Of a stretch of DNA of 64,000 nucleotides, positions 1 through 9,445 are shown one piece after another. Source of the DNA: a gamma proteobacterium symbiont of Ctena orbiculata (GTDB taxonomy: Bacteria; Pseudomonadota; Gammaproteobacteria; Chromatiales; Chromatiaceae). A program made the position numbers and the translations under genes. The stretch covers positions 6,507-70,506 of the forward strand of contig NATV01000102.1 of assembly GCA_003094535.1 (NCBI GenBank), written 5' to 3'. Each line of letters starts with the position of its first letter. Position 1 is the stretch's first letter. The notes beneath the pieces were generated by a model. It searched no databases, was not told the DNA's origin, and worked only from the letters and a program-made list of their open reading frames with translations.

Positions 1-1087
1 TATGGGCGCCATCGCGGGAGATATTGTGCTTGAGATGGTGGATGATTCTGCCGCCGGTGAGCATGCCGCTGGCGGAGATGATGATCGCGCCGCTCTTGAT
101 GCGGTTGATCGCCATCGACTCCTGTGGCGATTCGGTCAGCCTGAGATTCTGCAGATGCGGCATCTCGTGGATCTTCCTGCGCAGCTTGGTCGCCTCCTCG
201 TCATAGAGGTGGGGGTAGTCCCAATAGACCTTGCTCGCCCTGATCGCCATGGGGCTGTCGAGAAAGACCTCCCAGCGGTCCAACTCCCACTCATCGTAAT
301 ATTTGCCCAGATAGTAGAGGATCTCCTGGCTGCGGCCGATGGAGAAGGCGGGAATCAGCAGATTGCCCCGCTGATGGGCCGCCTCGCGGATGATCTCACC
401 GATCTCCTCGATGGTGTTCTGACGATCCCGGTGGCGGCGGTTGCCGTAGGTGCTCTCGACGATGACATGGTCCGCCTCCTCGATCACCGCGGGATCGTTG
501 AGGATGGGGGTATCGTACTGACCCAGATCACCGCTGAAGACGATCTTCCGCTGTTTATCGCCCTCGTTCAGCCAGACCTCCACGCTCGACGAGCCGAGGA
601 TGTGCCCCGCATCCTGAAAACGGATCGATATCCCCGGCAGGATCTCCCGCTTCTCCCTGTACCTGAGACCGACAATATTGTTGAGGGCATCCCGGGCATC
701 GGCAACGGTATAGAGGGGATCGATGAAAGGCTTGCCCTTGCGCTTGCGCCACTTGTTCTCGTACTGCGCATCCTTCTCCTGGAGAAAGGCGGAGTCCTGC
801 AGCAGGATATCGCACAGCTCCATGGTCGCATTCTGTGCATAGATCGGCCCCTGGTAGCCCTGCTTCACCAACAGCGGGATGCGACCCGAGTGGTCGATAT
901 GGCCGTGGCTCAGGACCACCGCGCTGATCTCATCCGGAGAGAAGGGAAAGGGCCGGCGGTTCTTCTCCATCTCCTCCCGGCGCCCCTGAATCAATCCGCA
1001 ATCGAGCAGGATGGTCTCGCCATTGGCACGGAGAATATGACAGGAGCCGGTAATGCCGCTGGTCGCACCGTAGAATTCAATCTGCAT
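1..1087 (-). CDS. MBL-fold beta-CASP metallo-hydrolase/ribonuclease (YSH1/TTHA0252-like), runs off the window start
   Basis: Not in the ORF track; hand translation from ATG at 1087 gives MQIEFYGATSGITGSCH...LLDCGLIQG...SHGHIDHSGRIP...DAGHILGS...FSGDLG...VESTYG...PAFAIGRSQE...SASGMLTGGRIIHHL. The + strand ORF 2..1117 is its antisense shadow. Confidence 0.92.
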   Translation of the reverse strand, partial: MQIEFYGATSGITGSCHILRANGETILLDCGLIQGRREEMEKNRRPFPFSPDEISAVVLSHGHIDHSGRIPLLVKQGYQGPIYAQNATMELCDILLQDSAFLQEKDAQYENKWRKRKGKPFIDPLYTVADARDALNNIVGLRYREKREILPGISIRFQDAGHILGSSSVEVWLNEGDKQRKIVFSGDLGQYDTPILNDPAVIEEADHVIVESTYGNRRHRDRQNTIEEIGEIIREAAHQRGNLLIPAFSIGRSQEILYYLGKYYDEWELDRWEVFLDSPMAIRASKVYWDYPHLYDEEATKLRRKIHEMPHLQNLRLTESPQESMAINRIKSGAIIISASGMLTGGRIIHHLKHNISRDGAH

Positions 1088-1304
1088 AGGAGTCTGTCCT
1101 TTTCAGGATCTTTTTAGTCGCCGTTCAAACGATAGGGAAGATTAAACCGGCAGCTTATCATGAAGAGCCGCCAAATCACCCTACAAACCGTTAAAGGCTA
1201 CAATTTTAAACATTCAAATTGTCATCTGCGGCGTATACTTACCAAATAGAGGGCATAACTGGCCTGGCTGACACCACAACATCAATCGAACACTCCGGGT
1301 AGTC

Positions 1305-2012
1305 ATGATGACAACAAGCACAGAGCAATTGGAGAGTCCTGCGCCCAAGAGCGGTCTTCGTGGCATCCACATTCTGTGGATCGTATTGGCAACCATCCTG
1401 TTGACTGCCGCCGCCACCTACTGGCTGGTGCGCACCTACATATACGCCAAGGACTTCACCCCGGTGCAACTCTCCCACGCCGAGCAGCAGGTGCTCGACG
1501 ACAAACTCAAACAGCTGGGGTACCAGCCGAATCCCGTCTCGGATCAGGGCCGGCAAATGCAAAAAGAGGAGAGCGATGAGGCCTGGCTCAGACCTGAACG
1601 CTACGAGGAGCAAGGCGCCAGGCGCGAGGTCTTCTTCTCCGAGAGGGAACTCAACGCCATGGTGGCGAACAACCGGGACCTGGCGAAAAAGCTTGCCATC
1701 GACCTGGGTGACGACCTGGTCAGCGCTAGACTGCTGGTGCCTGTCGACAAGGACTTCCCCATCCTCGGCGGCAAGACCCTGCGCGTCTCCACCGGCGTGG
1801 AGATGGCATTCCGCGACGCCAAGCCGGTGGTGATCCTGAAGGGTGTCAGCATCATGGGCGTACCCATACCCAACGCCTGGCTGGGCGGCCTCAAGAATAT
1901 CGACCTGATCAATGAGTTCGGAGATGAGCAGGGCTTCTGGGCCGGCTTTGCCAAGGGCGTCGAGGACATACGTGTCGAAGAGGGCGAACTCAAGATCAAA
2001 CTCAAGGAGTAG
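1305..2012 (+). CDS. Conserved hypothetical membrane-anchored protein
   Basis: 235 aa ORF, one N-terminal hydrophobic helix (ILWIVLATILLTAAATYWLV), coding-like codon usage. Confidence 0.75.
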   Translation: MMTTSTEQLESPAPKSGLRGIHILWIVLATILLTAAATYWLVRTYIYAKDFTPVQLSHAEQQVLDDKLKQLGYQPNPVSDQGRQMQKEESDEAWLRPERYEEQGARREVFFSERELNAMVANNRDLAKKLAIDLGDDLVSARLLVPVDKDFPILGGKTLRVSTGVEMAFRDAKPVVILKGVSIMGVPIPNAWLGGLKNIDLINEFGDEQGFWAGFAKGVEDIRVEEGELKIKLKE

Positions 2013-2111
2013 TCAGGCTTGCCGCCCCGGCGACTTTAGGCCGGGCACCATCGATGCGAATCGAGCCGCGGTCTGGTGTGGCCTAATGACAATCCTGTTC
2101 CTCCGTTGGCC

Positions 2112-2408
2112 TCAGGGAAGCTGGCCTGGCTGTTCATTCATGCGCCTGAAATCCATCGGGCCCCGCCTTTCCATGCCGATAGCATCTTGCGTGCAGTGGC
2201 ATCTGCCCCTTGAACCGAAACGCTCCCGGTTCAGCTGCTCGCACGCTGTTCGATCACCCACCGACGGTATCACAAGGGGCTGGTTGCTGAAGGGTGTATA
2301 GTCGTCCGGCGCATGGATGTGGCATACAGCTACCCTGGCATGGAGATGGGGGGTTAGAACCGCGCAGAGGAGAATTGTAGCGGCGAGTGAACGCCGAGCC
2401 ATATTCAT
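2112..2408 (-). CDS. Small exported Cys/His protein, last gene of the zrg-like operon
   Basis: ATGA overlap with the DUF3299 stop; signal-like MARRSLAATILLCAVLTPHLHA; mature part has VCHIH, ACE, RCHC. Confidence 0.55.
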   Translation of the reverse strand: MNMARRSLAATILLCAVLTPHLHARVAVCHIHAPDDYTPFSNQPLVIPSVGDRTACEQLNRERFGSRGRCHCTQDAIGMERRGPMDFRRMNEQPGQLP

Positions 2409-2926
2409 TCGTAGGGTGTGACCTCTTCCGCCTCTATCTGGTAGCCGGCGGTCGCCAGATCGCTGTCGAAGGATTTGGCACTCAGAATCCCGGAGACCCA
2501 GACCGTATCGAAGGCTTCACGGATCTTGGCATCACCCTTGGGCACCTTCACATAGACGGTCTGATTGGCCGGCGGGGGCGGCACGTGGATGCAGGCGCCA
2601 TAGTAAGGCACCAAGAGAAACTCGGTCAGCTTTTTTCCGTCGCCTTCAATCGGCACCACGAAACCGGGAAGCTTGATCCGTTTGCCGTCCAGACTCTCGA
2701 CCACCGGCGCCTCCTTCCAGGCCGCCTCCAGCTCATCCAGTATCTTCTGCGCCCTCGGATCATCGTCCTCGAGCGCATTGATATCGCCGAACTGCGCCAT
2801 GATTTTGTCAGGTCGATAGTCCTCGGGAATCATCGCATCCCACTCCAGTTCCTGGAATGGCTCGGCATATACAGGCGTCAGGGACAGAAGCGGGATAACT
2901 AACAGTACAGCAACCCGGAATTTCAT
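2405..2926 (-). CDS. DUF3299 family protein (ZrgD-like)
   Basis: Signal peptide; LDGKRIKLPGFVVP...FLLVPYYGACIHVPPPPANQ motif; follows ABC ATPase/permease. Confidence 0.88.
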   Translation of the reverse strand: MKFRVAVLLVIPLLSLTPVYAEPFQELEWDAMIPEDYRPDKIMAQFGDINALEDDDPRAQKILDELEAAWKEAPVVESLDGKRIKLPGFVVPIEGDGKKLTEFLLVPYYGACIHVPPPPANQTVYVKVPKGDAKIREAFDTVWVSGILSAKSFDSDLATAGYQIEAEEVTPYE

Positions 2927-2936
2927 AGATGGTCCT

Positions 2937-4199
2937 CTAGATTCGTATGCTCATACCATCGGCAAGGGAGTAGCGGTAGGCGCGGTAACCGGGTATTAGG
3001 CCAACGATCAGCGCGGAAGTTCCAACCAGCACCAGGATCAGCCATTCCCTGAGTGAGGGAAGGCCGATTGGCAGGTGGAGGCCATAGTGGGTCTCGATAT
3101 AGGTTTGAGCAAGAAACAGCCCGGCATAGAGCAGCAGCAGGCCCGCTGCGATCCCGATCAGGCTGAGCAGCAGACCCTCACCGGTGACCAGAAGCAGGAT
3201 GTGGCCCGGGCGCGCGCCCACCGAACGCAGGATCGCCATCTCGCGGCGCCGTTCGTTGAGACTGGCCAGCATCACGGTCAGGATCCCGATCAGGCCGACG
3301 GCCACCACCAGCAGGGTGATGATCAGCAGGGCGTTTTCCGCCACGCTGATCAGATCCCAGAGCTGCTGCAATGCCACCCCCGGCAGCACCGCAAGCAGCG
3401 GCTCCTTGCGGTAGTCGTTGATCTCGCGCTGCACCCGAAAGGTGGCGATCTTGCTCTTGAGCCCCACCAGGAAGGCGGTGATCGCCTTCGGCGTCAGGTC
3501 CTTCTCCAGGGCCTCGTCAGCGCTGATATTGAGGCCTCTCACCTGCCTCCCGGCAACCCAGTCCACATGGATTGCCTCGATGCCCTCCAGCGGGACATGC
3601 ACGGTACGATCGACCGGCGTGCCCGTGGGTTCAAGAATGCCCACCACCTTGAACGGCTTGTCGTCGTGCAGGGTGAAGCTGGTCTTGCCGGCGCCGTGGG
3701 CGATGACGATCTCCTGCCCCATCCGGTAGTCGAGCTCCCCAGCCACCTCGTGTCCCAACACGGCCTGATAGACCTCTTCGAAAGGCCGCCCCTGGTGAAA
3801 TGACAAGGATCGCTTATTGGCGTACTTGTAGAACCGAAAATAGTCGCGGTTGGTCCCCATCACCCGGTAACCCCGATGCGAATCGCCCAGCGAGATAGGG
3901 ATGGTCCATTTCACCAGGGAATGTTCGGAAAACTTTTTATAGCTTTTCCATGAAATATTATTGGTTGCATCGCCGATGCGGAAGACGGAGTAGAGCAGCA
4001 GGTTGATGGCGCCGCTGCGAGCGCCAACCACCAGATCCGTACCGGAGATGGTATTGGCGAAGCTGTTGCGTGACTCCACCCGCAACCGCTCGACGCCGAG
4101 CAACAGCGCGACGCTCAGGGCAATGCTCAACAGTACCAGGCTCGCCGTAAAGCGTCGATTCAACAGGCTTTTCAAGGCAAGAGAGAGAATCGCCATCAC
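2937..4199 (-). CDS. ABC transporter permease, MacB/FtsX type (ZrgC-like)
   Basis: GTDLVVGARSG, large periplasmic domain, ERRREMAILRSVGA, C-terminal TM helices; GTGA overlap with the ATPase. Confidence 0.92.
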   Translation of the reverse strand: MMAILSLALKSLLNRRFTASLVLLSIALSVALLLGVERLRVESRNSFANTISGTDLVVGARSGAINLLLYSVFRIGDATNNISWKSYKKFSEHSLVKWTIPISLGDSHRGYRVMGTNRDYFRFYKYANKRSLSFHQGRPFEEVYQAVLGHEVAGELDYRMGQEIVIAHGAGKTSFTLHDDKPFKVVGILEPTGTPVDRTVHVPLEGIEAIHVDWVAGRQVRGLNISADEALEKDLTPKAITAFLVGLKSKIATFRVQREINDYRKEPLLAVLPGVALQQLWDLISVAENALLIITLLVVAVGLIGILTVMLASLNERRREMAILRSVGARPGHILLLVTGEGLLLSLIGIAAGLLLLYAGLFLAQTYIETHYGLHLPIGLPSLREWLILVLVGTSALIVGLIPGYRAYRYSLADGMSIRI

Positions 4200-4906
4200 A
4201 CCACCTGCTCCAGACGATTGATCTCATCCAGGGCGATGTGACGCTCGAACAGATGTTCGAGCTGGCGGTCATGGCTGACGAAGAGCAGGGTCGAACCCGT
4301 CTCTTCACACTCCTGAAACAGCAGGTGAAGAAATACCTGTCGCATCTCGCTATCGAGAGCGGAGGTCGGTTCATCGGCGATAATGATCTCAGGCGCGCCG
4401 ATCAGCGCCCGCGCCGTCGCCACGCGTTGCTGTTGGCCGACACTCAGTTCTACTACCGGGCGATGGATAAGAGCCTCATCCGCCATATCCAGATGCGCCA
4501 GCAGACGCATCGCCTCGGCCTGGAGGCTGTTTCCCGATGCAGTGGCCTTCTCTTTGCGCAAGCGGGAAAAACGGCAGGGCAGGGTGACGTTGTCCATCAC
4601 AGAGAGATAGGGGATGAGATTGAAGAGTTGGAATATAAATCCGATGTGATCGGAGCGGAAATGGTCCCGCCCGGCACTGGAGAGGCGGTTGACGGTCTCC
4701 CCAAGGATCTCCACATCCCCCCCCGTTGGCAGATTAACCCCCGCAAGCAGCGCCAACAGCGTGCTCTTGCCGCTGCCACTGGCCCCACGAATAAAGATAC
4801 GTTCGCCGCGCGCCACCTCAAGTGAGGTGATACGCAACACCTCGGGAAGCCCTGTACGCCATCTGAAGCGAAGATCTTTAACCTCTATCGCAGCTGTTTG
4901 CGGCAT
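4196..4906 (-). CDS. ABC transporter ATP-binding protein (ZrgB-like)
   Basis: Walker A GASGSGKST, signature LSVGQQQR, Walker B IIIADEPT, H-loop SHD. Confidence 0.95.
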   Translation of the reverse strand: MPQTAAIEVKDLRFRWRTGLPEVLRITSLEVARGERIFIRGASGSGKSTLLALLAGVNLPTGGDVEILGETVNRLSSAGRDHFRSDHIGFIFQLFNLIPYLSVMDNVTLPCRFSRLRKEKATASGNSLQAEAMRLLAHLDMADEALIHRPVVELSVGQQQRVATARALIGAPEIIIADEPTSALDSEMRQVFLHLLFQECEETGSTLLFVSHDRQLEHLFERHIALDEINRLEQVV

Positions 4907-4944
4907 GAAGATCCTTTAGTTAGCTATATATAATCTAGCTGGCC

Positions 4945-5496
4945 TTAGAGTTCCAGCCTGCTCTGTCCCGGCGTCAAGTCTATCTTCTGTTGTCCCCGTT
5001 TTGAAATGCTCTGCACCTCGATGACCTCAGTGCCTGGAAACTGTTTAAACAGCTTCACATCAATCATCTCCAGATAGGAGATCGCCGAACAGCGAAATCG
5101 ATAGTGAGCGGTGAAGTCGGTATGAGCCTCGCCTTCATGATCGTGATGATCGCCATGTTCGGCAAGGGGAGACTCCACTTCGATGGATACCGGCACACAT
5201 TTGGCAGCCGAGGGGATGCTGAATACCAAATCCGGTTGTCGCAGGCTGCCAATCGCCGCTTCCACTGCCTGCTCTTGCTGCGCATTGGCCGGCTGATGTT
5301 CGAAACCCACTAGATTCATCGCCGGGCTGATAAATTCGATTTCGAGGGCATCACCCTCTATGGCGATCAATAACAGCGCCTCTCCATGGACATGGGCCTC
5401 ATGTTGTTCAGAATCAGATCCGGCTGCATGGAGAAGCGTTGAACAGACAACCAGGCAGATGGCCAAGAATCCGGTTATAAAATTGGTTTTAATCAT
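4945..5496 (-). CDS. zrgA: ZrgA family (DUF2796) periplasmic zinc-binding protein, copy 1
   Basis: Signal peptide, HEAHVHG, SPAMNLVGFEH, His-rich loop, HTDFTAHYRFRC. Confidence 0.88.
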   Translation of the reverse strand: MIKTNFITGFLAICLVVCSTLLHAAGSDSEQHEAHVHGEALLLIAIEGDALEIEFISPAMNLVGFEHQPANAQQEQAVEAAIGSLRQPDLVFSIPSAAKCVPVSIEVESPLAEHGDHHDHEGEAHTDFTAHYRFRCSAISYLEMIDVKLFKQFPGTEVIEVQSISKRGQQKIDLTPGQSRLEL

Positions 5497-5524
5497 ATCG
5501 GTCTGTCCTCCGACAGTGAAACAT

Positions 5525-5547
5525 AAAATGTTATAACATAATAACAG
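5525..5547. promoter_or_regulatory. Zur-type box upstream of zrgA copy 1
   Basis: AAAATGTTATAACATAATAACAG; core TGTTAT-AAC-ATAATA is one mismatch from TGTTAT-N3-ATAACA; about 30 bp before the zrgA start. Confidence 0.75.
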
Positions 5548-5753
5548 CGATATAGTTTCAATCTTTCGGCAGTTGGGAGCTATCCCGCATTTTTACAAAT
5601 ACGCTCGCAAATGGATTCGATTACTCTTCGATCTTTTCCGCATATCCCTTTGGCGGTGGTGTCCAGCCGCGATCGGAGCGGTCATGAAACTGCGCCCGGT
5701 CTGTCTCCATGAGTTTCTTCAACGACTCCCCGTGTTCACTGGCTTTTGCCAGA

Positions 5754-6001
5754 AAAGCCTCGATCATCTACCACCTGAAAGACCGGCCGGTGCTTTTAAC
5801 GACCTTACCCGGATGCTGGGCGGAGCAAGCAAACGGATGGTGGATCAACGCCTCAAGGAGCTTGAAGCGGCAGATATGGTGATTCGCAAAGTGATCAGTA
5901 AACGTCCTGTTGCGGTAACCTATGAGCTGACTGAATTTGGTCGCAGTGCCTTGAAAATTCTGGATGACCTGCGTATCTGGTCCGAGAAGCACAATGTCTG
6001 A
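5754..6001 (+). pseudogene. HxlR-family winged-helix regulator, 5'-truncated and frameshifted
   Basis: KASIIYHLKDRPV in one frame joins FNDLTRMLGGASKRMVDQRLKELE...VTYELTEFG in another; only 2 nt (5793-5794) lie where the Arg codon should be; no HxlR N-terminus upstream. Confidence 0.75.
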
Positions 6002-6124
6002 CCAAACTTTCTCATGACTTTTTGCCTTACACAGCGTAAGTACAGTCATGCAATTTGGGCTTGCCGATTACCACCACCATTCCTTTGCTGATCTCTACCT
6101 ATCAACCTATTCGTTCGGCGGCAG

Positions 6125-7141
6125 ATGAAACAGGAGAACAGACTAGTGACATCGTCTTCTCGATCATGGTGGCGCAACTGCGCGTTGCATGCTGATGAGG
6201 AGATCATCGCTATCGATGCAATGGAGGACCGAATTGCACCTCTCACCGCAAACCTAACGCAGATCCGGGAACTCATCACCGGTCTCGAACTGTGCCATCA
6301 TAAGGCCGCTAGATGGGTCTACAACATTGTCGTGGCGATCGGCATAGGAAAGACATCAAAAGGCCTGGGCACTCGATCGCAAGGCCGGCAACACCCCATC
6401 GAGACTGTGTGGCAAAATGCATGCACGGCCCTTTCGGCGTGGAACGCCGGCTGCCCTGCCGACAAGGTCGATCTGCTAGTCGACACCATCCCGGCCTCTC
6501 AACTACTTACCTGTCTTGGGGGGCGTTCGCCCTTGAAACAGTGGCAAGTTCAGAGAGTGATTGAGAAAACCCGCAGTTTGATCAACTGGCCACACTCTCG
6601 TGACGATCCTGCGGCAGAATACGCGTGGCTTCTGTTAAGTGTTGGCGAGTATGAATTTACTTACCTTGACCGGTGCCCGGAATGTTACAAGGATCACGAA
6701 GAATTCTGGCAGACAACCGTACGTACCTTCATTCGCGATACTGAAAACGGTGACCAGGCAAATCTCTCTCTGGCCCTCGCTATCGACAACCTTTGGCCAT
6801 GCCACTGGAATTTTGCAGAGAATCTGCAAATCGTCCTCGAGGCGATCGGCGGGAAGCTGAACACGGACACACCATTTTCAGCCTGTGGAAGAAACATTTC
6901 CCTGGTGCCGATCCGCGGCAGGATGGAGACCATTTCCAATACACTGATGGCTTTCTGTGGAACATTGGAATCTGGCCAGGATGTGGACAAAGAACTACTG
7001 GAACTGCTTGGAAAGCAAGCGGAAGAAAAGCGATGGCTCGCCGCCTCCTTGGCCAAGACAATAAGGCTTCAACTGAATCCACCGGCTGATCTGCGGGCGA
7101 TTTCCAGTATGGCCGGACCCGATTGGATAAACAAAGAATAA
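6125..7141 (+). CDS. Hypothetical protein, Cys/Trp-rich
   Basis: 338 aa open frame; no motif recognised. Confidence 0.65.
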   Translation: MKQENRLVTSSSRSWWRNCALHADEEIIAIDAMEDRIAPLTANLTQIRELITGLELCHHKAARWVYNIVVAIGIGKTSKGLGTRSQGRQHPIETVWQNACTALSAWNAGCPADKVDLLVDTIPASQLLTCLGGRSPLKQWQVQRVIEKTRSLINWPHSRDDPAAEYAWLLLSVGEYEFTYLDRCPECYKDHEEFWQTTVRTFIRDTENGDQANLSLALAIDNLWPCHWNFAENLQIVLEAIGGKLNTDTPFSACGRNISLVPIRGRMETISNTLMAFCGTLESGQDVDKELLELLGKQAEEKRWLAASLAKTIRLQLNPPADLRAISSMAGPDWINKE

Positions 7142-7260
7142 CTCCGGTTGATGCCACGAGAAGTTTGTCAGGGTACGGCCGAATCATGGTCTTTAGCGGT
7201 CTATAATCCTATTGAGTACAACTGCCGAAAGAGTTCGAAAATATTACGCAGGGGGACGCC

Positions 7261-7494
7261 ATGGATCTGATGCATGCAAAAGCGGAATTCGAGGCGGGCC
7301 GACTCAGTGAAGCGGTAGTAGAACCCACGGAACAGCGCGAAGGTTGGCGGATACTATTCCATACCGCAAACGGCGATACACTGGTGTTGACCGATCATTC
7401 CGGACGAGAACGTGTCTATCACAGCCTGGATCACGCCACCGAGGTTGGACGGGATATCGGTTTTGATTCAGTACGCGTGGAGGAACACTTCTGA
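7261..7494 (+). CDS. Small hypothetical protein
   Basis: 77 aa, GGGG RBS-like site upstream, globular composition. Confidence 0.7.
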   Translation: MDLMHAKAEFEAGRLSEAVVEPTEQREGWRILFHTANGDTLVLTDHSGRERVYHSLDHATEVGRDIGFDSVRVEEHF

Positions 7495-7677
7495 TAAGTC
7501 GATCTGCTTACTATGGTTAAACTTGTGCGGTGGCCACTATCAATTCGTCAGCTGCACACTACGGTAGTTTGCTCAGTTAAAGGGGTCGTTACTAACTAGC
7601 TGTTGCCGGCAGACTCCTTCTGCACCCGGGTAAGAAGGGTGTGCATTTTTTTTCCTATCCCCGGTTCGCGAAGGTTA

Positions 7678-8280
7678 CTATTGCGAAAACACCGGAAGAA
7701 GCTGCCTCAATACGGTGTCCGTCAACTGAAGCTTATCCTCTCGCTCCTTTTCCCTGGCGACCGGACCGTCAACAAACAGACAGGCCAATCCATGCACTGC
7801 GGACCAGGCCAGCAACTCCTGTGGACTGAAGTCGCAGGGATCCTCGTCGGCGATGGTTTTTACGAAACCCTCCTGAAGGTAACCGGCCAGACGCTCCGTC
7901 GCGGCGAGGTAGTCTGCATCCCTTGAGTAGATCATCTCCTCTCGCCACATTGCCCGGAAAAAAGCCGGCTTGGTCAGGGCAAAGCGGACATACGCCATGC
8001 AGACCGCGTGGAGCGCATCGCCCCCCTCTTCTTGCGCCTGCAACATGGCCACCTCCATCGCATCCGCGAGCTGATTCAGCGCCCGGGTGGCAAACACGGT
8101 CAACAGCGCCCGCTTGTCCGCATAGTGTCGGAATGCCGATGCGGGTGATACCCCGATGCGCTTGGCGCACCCCCGTAGCGTGACCGCCTCAATGCCGAAC
8201 TGCGAGGCTATCTCGTCAACAGCATCGAGCAATGACTCCGCCAGGTGGCCGTGATGGTAGCGACTGTTTCTCTTCTTCAT
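7678..8280 (-). CDS. TetR/AcrR family transcriptional regulator
   Basis: YHHGHLAESLL...VTLRGCAKRIGVSPASAFRHY HTH; C-terminal AWSAVHGLA (WHG-type). Confidence 0.92.
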   Translation of the reverse strand: MKKRNSRYHHGHLAESLLDAVDEIASQFGIEAVTLRGCAKRIGVSPASAFRHYADKRALLTVFATRALNQLADAMEVAMLQAQEEGGDALHAVCMAYVRFALTKPAFFRAMWREEMIYSRDADYLAATERLAGYLQEGFVKTIADEDPCDFSPQELLAWSAVHGLACLFVDGPVAREKEREDKLQLTDTVLRQLLPVFSQ

Positions 8281-8301
8281 GATTTATTTGTAGCACTAAA
8301 A

Positions 8302-8381
8302 GTTATCATTGTTAACATTTTTTCCGGAAATCCTTGAAATAGACCCTGATTTCATCTAAATTGTAAGTTAACAGCGTTTAC
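8302..8381. promoter_or_regulatory. Pair of putative TetR operators in the divergent intergenic region
   Basis: GTTATCATTGTTAAC (8302-8316) and GTTAACAGCGTTTAC (8367-8381), related 15-bp imperfect palindromes. Confidence 0.5.
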
Positions 8382-8436
8382 ATCCATCTGTAGAAAACAC
8401 TCTATGTCACTGTTAAATATGAATTAATGGAGGTTA

Positions 8437-8889
8437 ATGAGAATGTCGTCAACAGACTATTCAACAGCAGGCAGGTCACGTGGGCACTGTTTCAACGGCC
8501 ATATGGGAGCTTGCGGCGGCGGTTACTGGAGCGGGGCGAATATCGTCGCAATGGTGCTGGGTTTCATCCTGTTCCCGCCCTTGGGCTTCGTCGTCCTGTT
8601 GTGGACCATCCTGGGCCACCCTATCCAGGAACTTCCCGGTTGGGTCCGCGACAAGTGGAATCAGCTCTTCCGAAAAAACAAAGCGGGAACATACGAGGAG
8701 AGTGAAAACATCGTATTTAACGAGTTTCAACAGACGCAATACGATCGCATCCGTGAAATCAAGGAGGAGATCAAGAAGCGGGCGGAGGCATTCCGGTCAT
8801 TTCGGTTCGATGCGAAACGGCGAAAAGACCAGGAGGAGTTCGACGAGTTCATGGCGAGCAAACCTTCGAACGGCCGTGAGGAGCCCTGA
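8437..8889 (+). CDS. DUF2852 domain protein
   Basis: AMVLGFILFPPLGFVVL TM segment, ENIVFNEF, RRKDQEEFDEFM C-terminal motif; GGAGG RBS. Confidence 0.85.
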   Translation: MRMSSTDYSTAGRSRGHCFNGHMGACGGGYWSGANIVAMVLGFILFPPLGFVVLLWTILGHPIQELPGWVRDKWNQLFRKNKAGTYEESENIVFNEFQQTQYDRIREIKEEIKKRAEAFRSFRFDAKRRKDQEEFDEFMASKPSNGREEP

Positions 8890-8922
8890 TTGGCTAAGTG
8901 CCGAGTGACAATGTCGATAAGC

Positions 8923-8953
8923 GCCACCCGTGCGAGAAGCACGGTGGCTCTTT
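8923..8953 (+). terminator. Probable intrinsic terminator after DUF2852
   Basis: GCCACCCGTGC-GAGAA-GCACGGTGGC hairpin followed by TCTTT. Confidence 0.55.
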
Positions 8954-9445
8954 AACGGCAGTTGTCAGATACAACGCCGCCATATTACATATCGCCACTA
9001 CACAATAATTTCATCGTGCTACGGCCCAGACGGTGCGTATGCTTTACCAGTGATGGGAAATTCCTTAATAGCGGTCGTTGGCGGATCGAGCCCAATAGGC
9101 TCCATTGCGATGTGGACACTCGAGGTCACGCCGTCAAGTGCCGAACAGGGATCAACAGGCCATTCTCGTGGCTAGCTGCGAGAGTCGCAAATCAGACTGT
9201 CGGCTTGTCTGGCCCGGACGTCAGCAGTGTTCGAGGAATCTCTCTAGCGGCGGTGCTCTAGGCCTACAGGCAGTTCGACTTTCATCGTGGATTGTGCTGG
9301 AGCTCGTCAAACCCCCAGTGATCGACACAAGACATCCACAGCGGAATGTAGGAACAAACCAGCAATAAGGCTGCCGACCAGGGAAAACCCAGTTGGGTCC
9401 GGTCCGCGCATGGTGATTGAACCGGCCCCAGAACAAGCCAACGCC

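Noticed and set aside
2-1117. 371-aa + strand ORF
   Set aside because: Antisense shadow of the beta-CASP hydrolase on the minus strand
5573-6001. Intact 142-aa HxlR regulator
   Set aside because: The N-terminal half is non-homologous; real homology switches frame at about 5793
8930-9440. Short ORFs between DUF2852 and zrgA2
   Set aside because: No RBS or motif support; possibly degenerate sequence, not assignable
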